This document shows positions 48,786-58,231 of a stretch of 64,000 nt of DNA, piece by piece. Position 1 is the first letter of the stretch. Every line of letters starts with the position of its first letter. A model generated the notes under the pieces. The model saw only the letters and a program-made list of their open reading frames with translations, ran no database searches and had not been told where the DNA came from. Source of the stretch: an uncultured Planctomycetota bacterium (GTDB lineage: Bacteria > Planctomycetota > DG-23 > CAZBND01); NCBI GenBank assembly GCA_964493415.1, contig CAZBND010000009.1, positions 13,866-77,865 on the forward strand, read 5' to 3'. The position numbers were made by a program, and so were the translations under genes.

Positions 48786-49910
48786 TCAGACGGCCCTGCC
48801 GCCTTCTCCGCTCTCGAAAAGGATTCCCTTGAATCTCATCTCCAGTGCGTCAGCGTTCGGCGACACCTCGAGGGCCACCTCCCGGTCGACGTATCCGTCC
48901 TTTACCAGCTCAAAGAGTGACGTGTTGAAGTCAAGCATCCCCTCGGTCCTCCCCGCCTTGATACAGTCGCCTAGCTCCACCTCTCTCCCGTCTCCGATCG
49001 CCTTTTTCACCGGCGGATTCACGAGCATCACCTCTACGGCAGGCACTCTCGAAAACTCTTCCCTTATGCAAGGCAACAATCTCTGGCACACAACCGCCCT
49101 AAGGTGGAACTGAAGCGCATGCCTGACCTGTTGGTGCTCGGTGGAAGGGAACATATCCAGAATTCTGCCAATGGTCTGGGCCGCGGTGGAACTATGAAGG
49201 GTACTCAGCACTAGGTGCCCCGTCTCTGCCGCGGCCAGCCCGAACTGAAGCGTCTCAGAATCTCGCATTTCTCCAACCAGGAGCACATCCGGGTCCTGCC
49301 TCACGGCGTATTTTATGGCCTCGTGGAAGGAAGTGACGTCGATTCCCACCTCTCGCTGGTTGATGTAGGCTTTCTTGTTGGCGTAAAGGTACTCTATCGG
49401 ATCTTCTATAGTAAGTATGTGACACCGGCGACTGAGGTTGATGTGTTCGACCATAGCCGCGAGCGTCGTCGATTTCCCGCTTCCGGTCGTGCCCGAAACT
49501 ATCACGAGCCCATGCTCGAGCGATGCGATCTCCTTGAGGATCGGCGGGAGATGCAGTTCCTCGAACGTCGGTATCGCCGTATTCACGCGGCGCGCGGCCA
49601 AAGCCAAGCTTCCTCGTTGCCGGAAAGCGTTCAACCGGAATCTTCCTTCGCCCTTGATGCCGTAAGCCAGGTCCACGCTGCCCGTCGCTTCCAACTGTGC
49701 CGATTGTTGTTCAGTCAGGATGCTGCGGACGTAGTTCTCCAGTTCGCCTCGGCTCAGCGGCGGAGCCTTCAACTCTCTGAGCTTCCCCGCCAACCGTACC
49801 CTTGGTGCCGATTGCACCTGGAGATGCAGGTCGGAAGCGCCGTGCTTCGGAAGCGACTTCAGGAGCTGTTCCATCTTCTCGCGATAGAAGGCTCTCTCTT
49901 CTCCCATCAC
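48786..49910 (-). CDS. pilT: Type IV pilus retraction ATPase PilT (twitching motility / DNA-uptake motor)
   Basis: Walker A GTTGSGKSTT, Asp box, His box, and a PilT-type N-terminus (ASDLHLQVQSAPRVRLAG). Confidence 0.85.
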   Translation of the reverse strand: MMGEERAFYREKMEQLLKSLPKHGASDLHLQVQSAPRVRLAGKLRELKAPPLSRGELENYVRSILTEQQSAQLEATGSVDLAYGIKGEGRFRLNAFRQRGSLALAARRVNTAIPTFEELHLPPILKEIASLEHGLVIVSGTTGSGKSTTLAAMVEHINLSRRCHILTIEDPIEYLYANKKAYINQREVGIDVTSFHEAIKYAVRQDPDVLLVGEMRDSETLQFGLAAAETGHLVLSTLHSSTAAQTIGRILDMFPSTEHQQVRHALQFHLRAVVCQRLLPCIREEFSRVPAVEVMLVNPPVKKAIGDGREVELGDCIKAGRTEGMLDFNTSLFELVKDGYVDREVALEVSPNADALEMRFKGILFESGEGGRAV

Positions 49911-49957
49911 CTTCCCCTGGCCCGCTATCGGCCTTCAAACTGACGCCCGTCTGTACG

Positions 49958-50137
49958 CTACACCGTCTTGCGTGTAGACCTTACAGCGAGGATGTCCAAT
50001 TGCTCGGCGATTATCGCGAAGCTGCACTTCCTGACCATCGACTCCTCGCTGCTCCTCAGCAACATGCAGTCTTCACGGCAGGATTCTTGAATGAAGGGAC
50101 AGAACTTTTCGCTCTCACGAGATGTATTTTCAGCCAT
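49958..50137 (-). CDS. Small Cys-rich hypothetical protein (59 aa)
   Basis: GAGGAG SD 9 nt upstream of the ATG at 50137. Four Cys (CPF...C..DC......C). Lies between dprA and pilT on the same strand. The ORF track extends it to a TTG at 50161. Confidence 0.35.
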   Translation of the reverse strand: MAENTSRESEKFCPFIQESCREDCMLLRSSEESMVRKCSFAIIAEQLDILAVRSTRKTV

Positions 50138-50239
50138 CTTAGTCCGCTCCTCATGCTTCAACGCGTACTCTGGATTACCGCCGAATAGTAGATCGTCGCT
50201 TATTGCCGGTCAAATCAAATGGAACCCTCTCCGTCGTCC

Positions 50240-51208
50240 CTATCCCTGTCGTATGTTGGCTCTCCCGTCTCCGCACGCGTTTTCTATCATTCTATCAACG
50301 TCCGCAAAGCAAGCTATCTCGCTCGCCCCGCTTTCCAGTAGCTGCAGGTTTCCCTCGCTCTTCTTTCCCGTCCTCTTGCGGCCTAATGCGAATACGGGCT
50401 TCCCAAGTGACCGGGCAACCCTAGCAGTATATACTGCGCCGCCGTCCCGCACGCTCTCCACCACGAAGACGGCGCGAGCCATTGCGGCGACAAGTGAGTT
50501 CCGCCGCATCGCGGCCCCGACCTTCCACTCCTGAAATGGGGGGAAGGGTGACAACAGCGCTCCCGAGTCCGAGATTGTCTCGGGTTCTCGGAACTCTCGC
50601 GTGGGAGGCACCTTTCCCAGCCCCGTGGCCGGAAAGGCCACCGTTCTCCCTCCTGCCGAAATGGCCCCGAAATGCGCTGCCGAGTCGACTCCTCTGGCAA
50701 AGCCGCTGATTACTGTGCATCCTCTCCGTGCTGCTCGCCTTGCCGATTCGAGGGCAGCATGTCGCCCTTCTTCCGTAGGATGCGTAGCCCCAACCATCGC
50801 CAGGCCCCATTGGTCTTCCTCGTTGAGCTCGCCCCGCACGAAAAGAAGTGGGGGAGGGTGCTCCAGCGCCTTGAGTGCCTGCGGGTAATTGGCGTCGCCG
50901 TCAGACACTACTCCTATGCCGGTCTTCCCGAGTTCGACCAGCATCGTCCGCCAGCGGGGGAGCTCTTCCCGAAGCCTCAGAACGGCATCGGCGGTCTTCG
51001 CCCCTATTCGGGGCAGGCTCAGGAGCGGTCTTCTTCGCGCATTGCGGATCGCCTCTCGGCACGTCCCATATGCGTTGCGAATTTCCTCGAACAATGCGGG
51101 CCCCACCCCGTCAGTGCATGCCAGCGCGACCCGGCACACAAGTTCGGCGTCCGTTGGTTCTACGTCAGATTCCGAAACCATGCCAAATCCCGGTCTGCGT
51201 GTCTTCAC
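50240..51208 (-). CDS. dprA: DNA-processing protein A (DprA/Smf)
   Basis: Rossmann-like DprA core (VISGFARGVDSAAH…GGRTVAFPATGL) with an N-terminal SAM-like region; 322 aa. Confidence 0.85.
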   Translation of the reverse strand: MKTRRPGFGMVSESDVEPTDAELVCRVALACTDGVGPALFEEIRNAYGTCREAIRNARRRPLLSLPRIGAKTADAVLRLREELPRWRTMLVELGKTGIGVVSDGDANYPQALKALEHPPPLLFVRGELNEEDQWGLAMVGATHPTEEGRHAALESARRAARRGCTVISGFARGVDSAAHFGAISAGGRTVAFPATGLGKVPPTREFREPETISDSGALLSPFPPFQEWKVGAAMRRNSLVAAMARAVFVVESVRDGGAVYTARVARSLGKPVFALGRKRTGKKSEGNLQLLESGASEIACFADVDRMIENACGDGRANIRQG

Positions 51209-51362
51209 CGCCGTCCGATGTTGCGGAAGCGGTTACCGGTGACTATCACCCTCACCGCACCTCGACAGAGAGCATGCGCTTGCGATTTGCCGCCTCGCAG
51301 GATAGACTGCGTCACCTCTCCGGTGGCCTCCAACCGGCAACTGCTGCGCCTTTCCCGGAGGT

Positions 51363-52271
51363 TCAACCGGGCCTACTGCCCAAAAGCTCTTTGCCCACCA
51401 GCCTTCGGTATGCCTCCAGGTACTTGTCGCTCGTCTTGCGGATAACCTCATCAGGGAGGTGCGGTGCAGAGGGGGTCTTGTCCCAATTCAGCGACTCCAG
51501 ATAATCCCGCACGAACTGCTTGTCGAACGAAGGCTGCGCCCCGCCCGGCTTGTACCCGTCCGCAGGCCAGAACCTGGATGAATCCGGCGTCAGGAGCTCA
51601 TCCACGAGCGTAAGCTCCCCGTCTACGAACCCCCATTCCATCTTCGTATCACAGACGATGATCCCTCGCCTGCTCGCGTACTCTCGTGCGCGTTCGTACA
51701 CCGCCAGGGTCCTTTTCCGTATCTCCTCCATCACGTCACGCCCGGCCATCGCCGCGGCTTCGTCGAAGCTTATGTTGACGTCATGCCCCTTCTCCGCCTT
51801 GGTGGCCGGAGTGAATATCGGCTCAGGCAGCCTCGCCGCCTCTTCGAGCCCTTCGGGCAACTCGCACCCGCAAACCGCCCCTTTCTCCTCATACTCGCGC
51901 CAGCCGCTCCCCGCGAGATATCCCCGCACGACGCACTCGACCGGCACAACTTCCGCCTTCTTCGTCATCATCGTTCGCGAGTCGAGGACCTCCTGGTGGG
52001 CCAGCGCTTCTTCTCCCATTTCCTCAACTCGCGTAGTGATCAGGTGATTGGGGGCCAGATCAGCCGTGAAGTTGAACCAGAATTCGGACAGCAGCGTGAG
52101 CACCTTCCCCTTCATGGGAATGCCGTCGGGAAGAACCACGTCGAAAGCGCTTATGCGGTCGGTAGCCACGATGAAAAGTCGCTCTCCCAGTTCGTAAATG
52201 TCCCGCACCTTTCCCCGCCTTTGCTCCCCCAGGCCTTGCAGATTCGTCTCCAGCACCACTTCTGCGTTCAT
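51363..52271 (-). CDS. purC: Phosphoribosylaminoimidazole-succinocarboxamide synthase
   Basis: GKVRDIYELGERLFIVATDRISAFDVVLP..., the SAICAR synthetase signature. Start ATG at 52271 overlaps the hisH stop (ATGA). Confidence 0.9.
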   Translation of the reverse strand: MNAEVVLETNLQGLGEQRRGKVRDIYELGERLFIVATDRISAFDVVLPDGIPMKGKVLTLLSEFWFNFTADLAPNHLITTRVEEMGEEALAHQEVLDSRTMMTKKAEVVPVECVVRGYLAGSGWREYEEKGAVCGCELPEGLEEAARLPEPIFTPATKAEKGHDVNISFDEAAAMAGRDVMEEIRKRTLAVYERAREYASRRGIIVCDTKMEWGFVDGELTLVDELLTPDSSRFWPADGYKPGGAQPSFDKQFVRDYLESLNWDKTPSAPHLPDEVIRKTSDKYLEAYRRLVGKELLGSRPG

Positions 52272-52876
52272 CAGAGCCTCCCAAAATTCTCCAGCATCCT
52301 GAGCCCCCACTTCTGACTCTTTTCCGGATGGAACTGTGTGGCGTAAACGTTGTCGCGCCAAAGTGAGGAAGCAAAACGCACGCCGTAGTCCGTCTCAGCC
52401 GCGACGATGCTGTCGTCTTCCGGCTCCGCGTAGTATGAGTGGTCGAAGTACACGTAAGCGCCCTGCGGAAGTCCCTCGAACAAAGGGCAGATGTCTCTAA
52501 ACTCTATCTGATTCCATCCGATGTGCGGCACTTTCAGCTCTTTGCCCTCCAGCAGCCTGACGACGCCGGGGAATACCCCAAGCCCGGGCGTCTCCCCACC
52601 CTCGTAACTCACTTCCAACAACAGCTGCATGCCCAAGCAGATCCCGAGAAACGGCGTACCCTTGCCAATTGCATCGAGAATCGGTGCCACAAGACCTTTC
52701 GAAACAAGTTCGTCCATAGCATGGGCGCACGCGCCCACACCCGGCAGGACCAGTTTATCCGCCGTCTCAACATCTTTGGGATCGCTGCTGACCCTCGCGC
52801 TCAGGCCCACATGTTCCAGTGCCTTGTGAACGCTCCGAAGATTCCCCATCCCGTAATCAACGACTACGATACTCAC
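52271..52876 (-). CDS. hisH: Imidazole glycerol phosphate synthase, glutamine amidotransferase subunit
   Basis: MSIVVVDYGMGNLRSVHKALE..., a class-I GATase with Cys (GICLGMQLL), His and Glu residues. GTG start. Confidence 0.9.
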   Translation of the reverse strand: MSIVVVDYGMGNLRSVHKALEHVGLSARVSSDPKDVETADKLVLPGVGACAHAMDELVSKGLVAPILDAIGKGTPFLGICLGMQLLLEVSYEGGETPGLGVFPGVVRLLEGKELKVPHIGWNQIEFRDICPLFEGLPQGAYVYFDHSYYAEPEDDSIVAAETDYGVRFASSLWRDNVYATQFHPEKSQKWGLRMLENFGRL

Positions 52877-52895
52877 TGCTCGTCCTCGTTCTGGA

Positions 52896-53597
52896 CTACT
52901 CGGCGGCCTCCTCCGGAGACGGCATGATCACGATTTCCACCCGGCGATTCTGGCTCTTCCCCTCTTCGGTCTTGTTGTCGGCCACCGGCCTGAACTTGCT
53001 GTAGCCGCTGACAAAGAACTGCTCCTCGGGAAGCTTCTTTTCTTCGACAAGATAGTGAAGCACCGCCAGTGCCCGCGCGGTCGATAGCTCCCAGTTCGTC
53101 GGGAACAGTTTCTTGGTCTCCGGCCTTTTTATGGGCACGTTGTCAGTATGACCCTCTATCCCGACCGCGTTCCCTGCGAAATCCGTCCTAAGAACGTCGC
53201 TTATCTTGTCCAGCGTCGCCTTTGCGTCCGCCTTGATCGTCGCCTTCCCCGTATCGAAGAACACCTTCGAGAGCAGCGTCATCACCAGACGACCTTCTTT
53301 GATGCTGACGCCGACCTGCGTGCCCCTCAACTGTTCCTCCAATTTCGACTTGGTCCTCTCGAGCTCGCCTTCGCGCTGTGCCATCTTGCTCATTTGGCTC
53401 TGCAGTTCCTGGTTCTTTGCTTGCATCGCCGCGAGCTGCCGCTCCACCTCGTAATTCTCCGCCTTTAGCTCCTGAAGCAAGCTCTCATACTGCCGATTCT
53501 TGGCCCGCAGTTGCCCACGCGTCTCGCAACCCGCGGCCAACACAGCAGTCAACACCAAAGCCAAGCCCAATAGGTACACTCGCGCATGAAACCGCAT
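52896..53597 (-). CDS. OmpA/MotB-domain lipoprotein with coiled-coil spacer
   Basis: Lipobox LAAGC after MRFHARVYLLGLALVLTAV, a ~100-aa coiled coil, and an OmpA_C domain (GHTDNVPI...NRRVEIVI). AGGAGAGG SD. Confidence 0.8.
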   Translation of the reverse strand: MRFHARVYLLGLALVLTAVLAAGCETRGQLRAKNRQYESLLQELKAENYEVERQLAAMQAKNQELQSQMSKMAQREGELERTKSKLEEQLRGTQVGVSIKEGRLVMTLLSKVFFDTGKATIKADAKATLDKISDVLRTDFAGNAVGIEGHTDNVPIKRPETKKLFPTNWELSTARALAVLHYLVEEKKLPEEQFFVSGYSKFRPVADNKTEEGKSQNRRVEIVIMPSPEEAAE

Positions 53598-53639
53598 TTC
53601 CACACCTCTCCTTTCTTGCACCCGCTCTACTAGGTCCGA

Positions 53640-54473
53640 CTACATTCCGCCTGCATAAACCGCCGCCAGAAAAGCCCAAATCTCGTCGCCGTAAAAGGTA
53701 ACCGCTACCGCCGCAGCGGAAAGGAACGGCCCGAACGGAATCACTCTCTGCCTTCTTCTTAACAGCAGCGCAATGCCGAATGCCGCCGCGATTATCGCTC
53801 CGAGGAAGAACGTCATTATGGCTCCCTGCCACCCCAGAAATCCACCAACCATTCCCATCAGCTTAACGTCGCCTCCTCCCATTGCCTCCTCCTGCAGAAC
53901 AAGCTTGCCCAGGAAGCCGACGATGTAGAGCATCCCTGCGCCCACCGCGATTCCTATCACGCAAGCGATCAGCGAATCGAGCCTTTCCTTCCCCGGCCCA
54001 GATCCCAGCAAAGAGAACTCCTCGTGAAGCCCGGGAACAACGACGCTCATCACGGGAGCCAGCGCCATTCCTCCGAGCGTGATCCTGTCGGGGATTATCT
54101 GGAGCTCTATATCGGTGAACGTCGAGACCACCAGCCCGGCAACGAGAAACAGATATGCCCCCACGAGGCCATATGAATACCCTTCCAAAGCCCTGAGCTT
54201 GTAGGCCGCAAATGCGAACAATGCGCCCGTCACGCTCTCGACAAGCACGTATCTCGCGGATATGCCCGCTTTGCACCTCCTGCACCTCCCCCCCAGCGCC
54301 AGGAAGCTGAATATCGGTATGTTGTCGTACCATTCTATCGGTGTTCCGCACAACGGGCAGTGCGACCCAGGCTTCACGATTGACAGCCCCCTCGGGAGCC
54401 TGTAGATGCACACGTTCATAAAGCTGCCGACACAAGTTCCTAGAGCGAAGAATAGGAGGGTCTCCCACCACAT
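53640..54473 (-). CDS. pilD: Prepilin peptidase (A24 family)
   Basis: N-terminal tetra-Cys region (CxxC...CxxC: HCPLCGTPI... RCRRCKA) and polytopic peptidase A24 core with catalytic Asp residues; 277 aa. Confidence 0.85.
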   Translation of the reverse strand: MWWETLLFFALGTCVGSFMNVCIYRLPRGLSIVKPGSHCPLCGTPIEWYDNIPIFSFLALGGRCRRCKAGISARYVLVESVTGALFAFAAYKLRALEGYSYGLVGAYLFLVAGLVVSTFTDIELQIIPDRITLGGMALAPVMSVVVPGLHEEFSLLGSGPGKERLDSLIACVIGIAVGAGMLYIVGFLGKLVLQEEAMGGGDVKLMGMVGGFLGWQGAIMTFFLGAIIAAAFGIALLLRRRQRVIPFGPFLSAAAVAVTFYGDEIWAFLAAVYAGGM

Positions 54474-54544
54474 AACTCTACATCCTTACGGTTCATCAGC
54501 GCTATTTTACGGAGACGATGGGGGATTTCAATTCCAATTCGGCA

Positions 54545-56047
54545 TCAGAACGCCAGCGCATCCTTCACCGCGCAGCTTCGGCACCCCTCATCGCCGAAGG
54601 CGCAGAAGTCTCGATACAACTGATGGAGCCCCTGCTGTCGCCGAGCGTTCGCCACGACCTCCCTCTCCTCTTCCGTTCCGAAGACCAGTCTCGAGACTCG
54701 CCGGGTGATCCTGTCAGGCGCTAGCCTGCCGACCGTGCGGAAAAGCGAATGCGTCGACCTCTCCAGCGACACATTGCCCGTGTTCCGCGAATGGAGCAGG
54801 AAAAGCGGTACGATTGCATTGATGAAAATCGTCCTGAACCGCTGCTGACCCACCAGCCGTTGCGGCTTCCCAAGTCTCTCGCCTCTGGCCGACAGCCTGT
54901 AGCTCCAGTAAGCATCCTCCAAAGAGGTGAACATCGATTCCAATTGTTTCAGCGCTTTTCTAAGTGACGCAAGGGATTCTTCCCCGCCACCCAAGGCCCT
55001 TATTCTTCTTAAGAAATTGCTCAAGAGCCCCTTGTTCATATTCGCCGCCAGGAATTGGCTGGCGGCGGCCATTCTACGAAGGGGGGAATTCGTCGGCCGT
55101 CCCCCAACGAAGTGCCACTCGTATTCCGTCATAGCACGTTGGCCGAAATCCCCGTGCAGTTTCTCCCATCTGGACTTAAGCTCATCGAAGTATTCGTCGT
55201 CTCCCGCCCCCAGCAGGCCGCCCACACCCAGGAACAGGGCCATAAGGTTCGGCCCCACGTCCTTTGCCTGCTCGCGCCCTGTAAGCTGTTTCAGTTCATT
55301 GAACGGAAGCCTTCTGGCAAGCACCAGGAATTGAACCTTGTTGCGTGAATATCCCAGCGACTCCATGATCAATTCATATGCTGCCTGGTCTATTCCTCCG
55401 GCAGCAAATGCCCTATGAAGCCTGCCGGCCTTTGCCAGCATCCTCTCATCGCCGGCAGTGTCGAGAACCCTCTCGATTCGTTCCCAGGAATCCCATCGCT
55501 TTTTCATGTAGAAACGGCACAGAGGATCCTTCGGAAGCGCTCCGTCCGGCTGCATCTCGGAATCTACGACCTCGGACAACACCGAAAGCTCAAGGTCGAG
55601 CAACTTTTCAAACACAAGCTGCGGTATTTGCTCTCCATCCGATCTCTTCACGTACGGCGTCGCAAGATCGTTTTCCACCACCGCGTGAAGGATCACCTTT
55701 CTGTAAGCCGGGTCGGAATCATGGCCGTGACGCACCCAATCGGACGAATTCAGATGGATTTCCACGTCGCCGTGAACGGGTTCGCCCGAAAGCTCCACCA
55801 CCGCCCCCTTGAAATCAGGCCCTTCCAAGGAATTCCAATCCCCCGGGGACACCACGCTTATCTGCCGCCCGTCTTCAGTGAACGCATCCTGCTTCCTGAA
55901 ATAGCCGCCGCGCCATATCGACTGAACCACCTTCTCCGGCACGCCGTCGGCCCTTCGGCGGCTTGCCTCGGCAACCGTTCCCGTCAAACACAGGAGCTTG
56001 CGATAGTCCCCTGAGAATAGCTTGCCGCCCCCTGGCGATAGCCCCAT
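54545..56047 (-). CDS. DUF2851-family protein (function unknown)
   Basis: The N-terminal EKVVQSIWRGGYF block resembles the E.LLQ.IWQ signature I recall for DUF2851. 500 aa, soluble. Family assignment is from memory. Confidence 0.45.
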   Translation of the reverse strand: MGLSPGGGKLFSGDYRKLLCLTGTVAEASRRRADGVPEKVVQSIWRGGYFRKQDAFTEDGRQISVVSPGDWNSLEGPDFKGAVVELSGEPVHGDVEIHLNSSDWVRHGHDSDPAYRKVILHAVVENDLATPYVKRSDGEQIPQLVFEKLLDLELSVLSEVVDSEMQPDGALPKDPLCRFYMKKRWDSWERIERVLDTAGDERMLAKAGRLHRAFAAGGIDQAAYELIMESLGYSRNKVQFLVLARRLPFNELKQLTGREQAKDVGPNLMALFLGVGGLLGAGDDEYFDELKSRWEKLHGDFGQRAMTEYEWHFVGGRPTNSPLRRMAAASQFLAANMNKGLLSNFLRRIRALGGGEESLASLRKALKQLESMFTSLEDAYWSYRLSARGERLGKPQRLVGQQRFRTIFINAIVPLFLLHSRNTGNVSLERSTHSLFRTVGRLAPDRITRRVSRLVFGTEEEREVVANARRQQGLHQLYRDFCAFGDEGCRSCAVKDALAF

Positions 56048-56057
56048 GTAAGCACCT

Positions 56058-58088
56058 TCAACTTCTTCCCGGCCTGTTCAACGCCGCAATCCTCTTCGCC
56101 ACTTCTTCGATGGGTAGCTCGTCCGTCTCCACTTTCAAATCTGCTGCCGCTTCGTAGGTCTTCATCCTTGCCGCCATCACCTCTTCGATCTCGGCCAAAG
56201 CGTCCGCCCCCAAGAGTGGCGGCCTGAGTTCACTCGTCTTTCCGTCGTCTACCATACGCCTGCGTACGGTGTCAGGGCGGGCGCTTAGCAAGGCGACCTT
56301 ACCTGCTCTCTTCATCGCATCAACGTTTGCCTCTCGCAGAACCGCTCCGCCTCCCGTTGCCACCACTTGGCCGTCCCCATCGCACAGTCTTCCCAGCACC
56401 GCCGTCTCCATGTCCCTGAAGTACTCTTCGCCTTTGCGTGCGAACAGTTCGCTTGCGGTCATGCCCGACTCCGCCTCGATCATCTCATCCATGTCCACGA
56501 ACCCGTAGCCGAGCAACTCGGCCGCTCTGCTTCCCGCGACGCTCTTGCCAGTGCACCTGTAACCGGTCAAAAAGATGTTCCCTTTCTTTGCCTTCCCGAA
56601 GATGCGCCCTTCGGCGGCTTTCTGCATCACTTCCCGCGGTGCCCTCTTTCCGGTCCATATCTCGAATTGCCTCACCGCCTGCCGCACAAACATTTCCATC
56701 CCCCCCAGGGTGAAACAACCCCGCGCTTTGGCCTCTCGCATCAACCGCGTTTCAGCCGGATTATACACCGCATCGAAAACCAGCATTCCAGACCTCAGAA
56801 CAGATGAAGGCACTGGAGACTCGTCCACTCGCGGATGCATTCCCACCGGCGTCGCGTTGATGAGCAACTGCGGTCTCAATCCAACGGCCTCATCAAGCGT
56901 GCCCCATTCCGATCCTGTCTCTTCCGCGAGCTTCACCGCCCTCTCCAAGTCCAGGGTCCGGTTGAGAATACGCACCTTCGCGCCCTTGTGCTTCAGCCCG
57001 AACACGATAGCCCTTGCGGCCCCGCCGGCACCCAGCACCACCACGTCCATTCCACGGAGGCCCTCGCTGCTGCCAAGCTCGCGCCTCGCCGCTTCCTCCA
57101 ATGGCGCGATGGCCGCCTCCCAATCGGTGTTGGTGCCCAAAAGCTTGCCGCCCTTCCCAAAAACCGTGTTCACCGCGCCGATTCTCCTTGCCATATCGTC
57201 CACAGACGAAAGCTCGCGGATTATCCCCTCCTTATGAGGCACCGTCACGCTGTAGCCCTTGATGTCCAGCTTCTTGAACGTCCTCAGGAACTCCTTGATG
57301 TCCTCAACCTCAAACGGGACGTAAACGGCATCAGTTCCTGTCGCGTCAAAAGCCGCGTTGTGAACCGCCGGGCTTGCGCTGTGCGCCACGGGGTTTCCAA
57401 TGAGACCGAATATCCGGCTGTGCCGCCCGGTCTTTCCCGCGCGGTAAATCTCCCGCAACTCTCCGGCGGTGGGCTGACCGGGCGCCGACTCCCTCCCCGC
57501 TTCCAGACAGCCGAAGGTGAACACCGACCCGAACTTCTCCGCGAGGATTCTGCTCACCAGGCCCAGCCTTCCCATGCAGAACGCCACTGTGGGAACCTCC
57601 GAGTCATGCAAAAGCTCAAGAACCCGGACATTGTCCGTAATGCTCTGCGCGGTAGTTACCAGCTTGACGATATCTGCTCCCGCAGACTTCAACCGGGTCA
57701 GGATGGGCTCAAGCTCCACGGGCGTCCCGCTGAAATCATGGCGGGAAACGATTACTTTGGCGCTTCTCCTCCTGAAACCTTGGGCGGCGGTTAGCTCGAT
57801 GTCAACGTAGTCCGCCCCCAGGCGATCTGATTTTTCCAGGAGGCCAATCCGTTCTTCTTCCGAGCCCTGGAAGTGCCCGCCTTCGGTGGCCGGACGGCAG
57901 GTCGCTACCAGCGGGAGAGCAGGGCGGTGTGCGAATATCCTTTCCAGTGACGGATTTCGGACGTAATCCAACCGGACCTCGATTGCATCCGCGAGTGCGG
58001 CGGCGCGGTGCATATCCAGTATCACGGACTCGGTGGTTGGCGCGGTGATGGGGACGCAAAGCATACGATTCTCTCCTGAAGCGGGCAC
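56058..58088 (-). CDS. aroDEK: Trifunctional shikimate-pathway fusion: 3-dehydroquinate dehydratase (type I) - shikimate dehydrogenase - shikimate kinase
   Basis: An N-terminal type-I DHQase TIM barrel (MLCVPITAPTTES..., Schiff-base Lys region). A central AroE (FGLIGNPVAHSASPAVHNAAF; GAGGAARA Rossmann). A C-terminal shikimate kinase P-loop (IFLTGYRCTGKS). 676 aa. Confidence 0.8.
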   Translation of the reverse strand: MPASGENRMLCVPITAPTTESVILDMHRAAALADAIEVRLDYVRNPSLERIFAHRPALPLVATCRPATEGGHFQGSEEERIGLLEKSDRLGADYVDIELTAAQGFRRRSAKVIVSRHDFSGTPVELEPILTRLKSAGADIVKLVTTAQSITDNVRVLELLHDSEVPTVAFCMGRLGLVSRILAEKFGSVFTFGCLEAGRESAPGQPTAGELREIYRAGKTGRHSRIFGLIGNPVAHSASPAVHNAAFDATGTDAVYVPFEVEDIKEFLRTFKKLDIKGYSVTVPHKEGIIRELSSVDDMARRIGAVNTVFGKGGKLLGTNTDWEAAIAPLEEAARRELGSSEGLRGMDVVVLGAGGAARAIVFGLKHKGAKVRILNRTLDLERAVKLAEETGSEWGTLDEAVGLRPQLLINATPVGMHPRVDESPVPSSVLRSGMLVFDAVYNPAETRLMREAKARGCFTLGGMEMFVRQAVRQFEIWTGKRAPREVMQKAAEGRIFGKAKKGNIFLTGYRCTGKSVAGSRAAELLGYGFVDMDEMIEAESGMTASELFARKGEEYFRDMETAVLGRLCDGDGQVVATGGGAVLREANVDAMKRAGKVALLSARPDTVRRRMVDDGKTSELRPPLLGADALAEIEEVMAARMKTYEAAADLKVETDELPIEEVAKRIAALNRPGRS

Positions 58089-58159
58089 TCAGGGATTATA
58101 TTTGGGCCTCGGCCGGACCGCAACCCCGCCGGCCCCTGCCGGCCGAAGGGACTTCGGGC

Positions 58160-58188
58160 TTGACCTTCACCTATGCCGCTGATAATAT
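58160..58188 (+). promoter_or_regulatory. sigma70-like promoter upstream of corrinoid-protein gene
   Basis: TTGACC (58160-65), 17 nt, TAATAT (58183-88). AGGAGG SD at 58222-27, ATG at 58232. Three GCCGGCC-type palindromes lie immediately upstream (58111-58144). Confidence 0.4.
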
Positions 58189-58231
58189 TTGAGGTTTGAG
58201 GATGGACGACAGCATTTCTTCAGGAGGAAAC

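Noticed and set aside
56835-57794. 319-aa plus-strand ORF inside aroDEK
   Set aside because: It is antisense to the tri-functional shikimate gene. The translation is Arg/Pro/His-rich.
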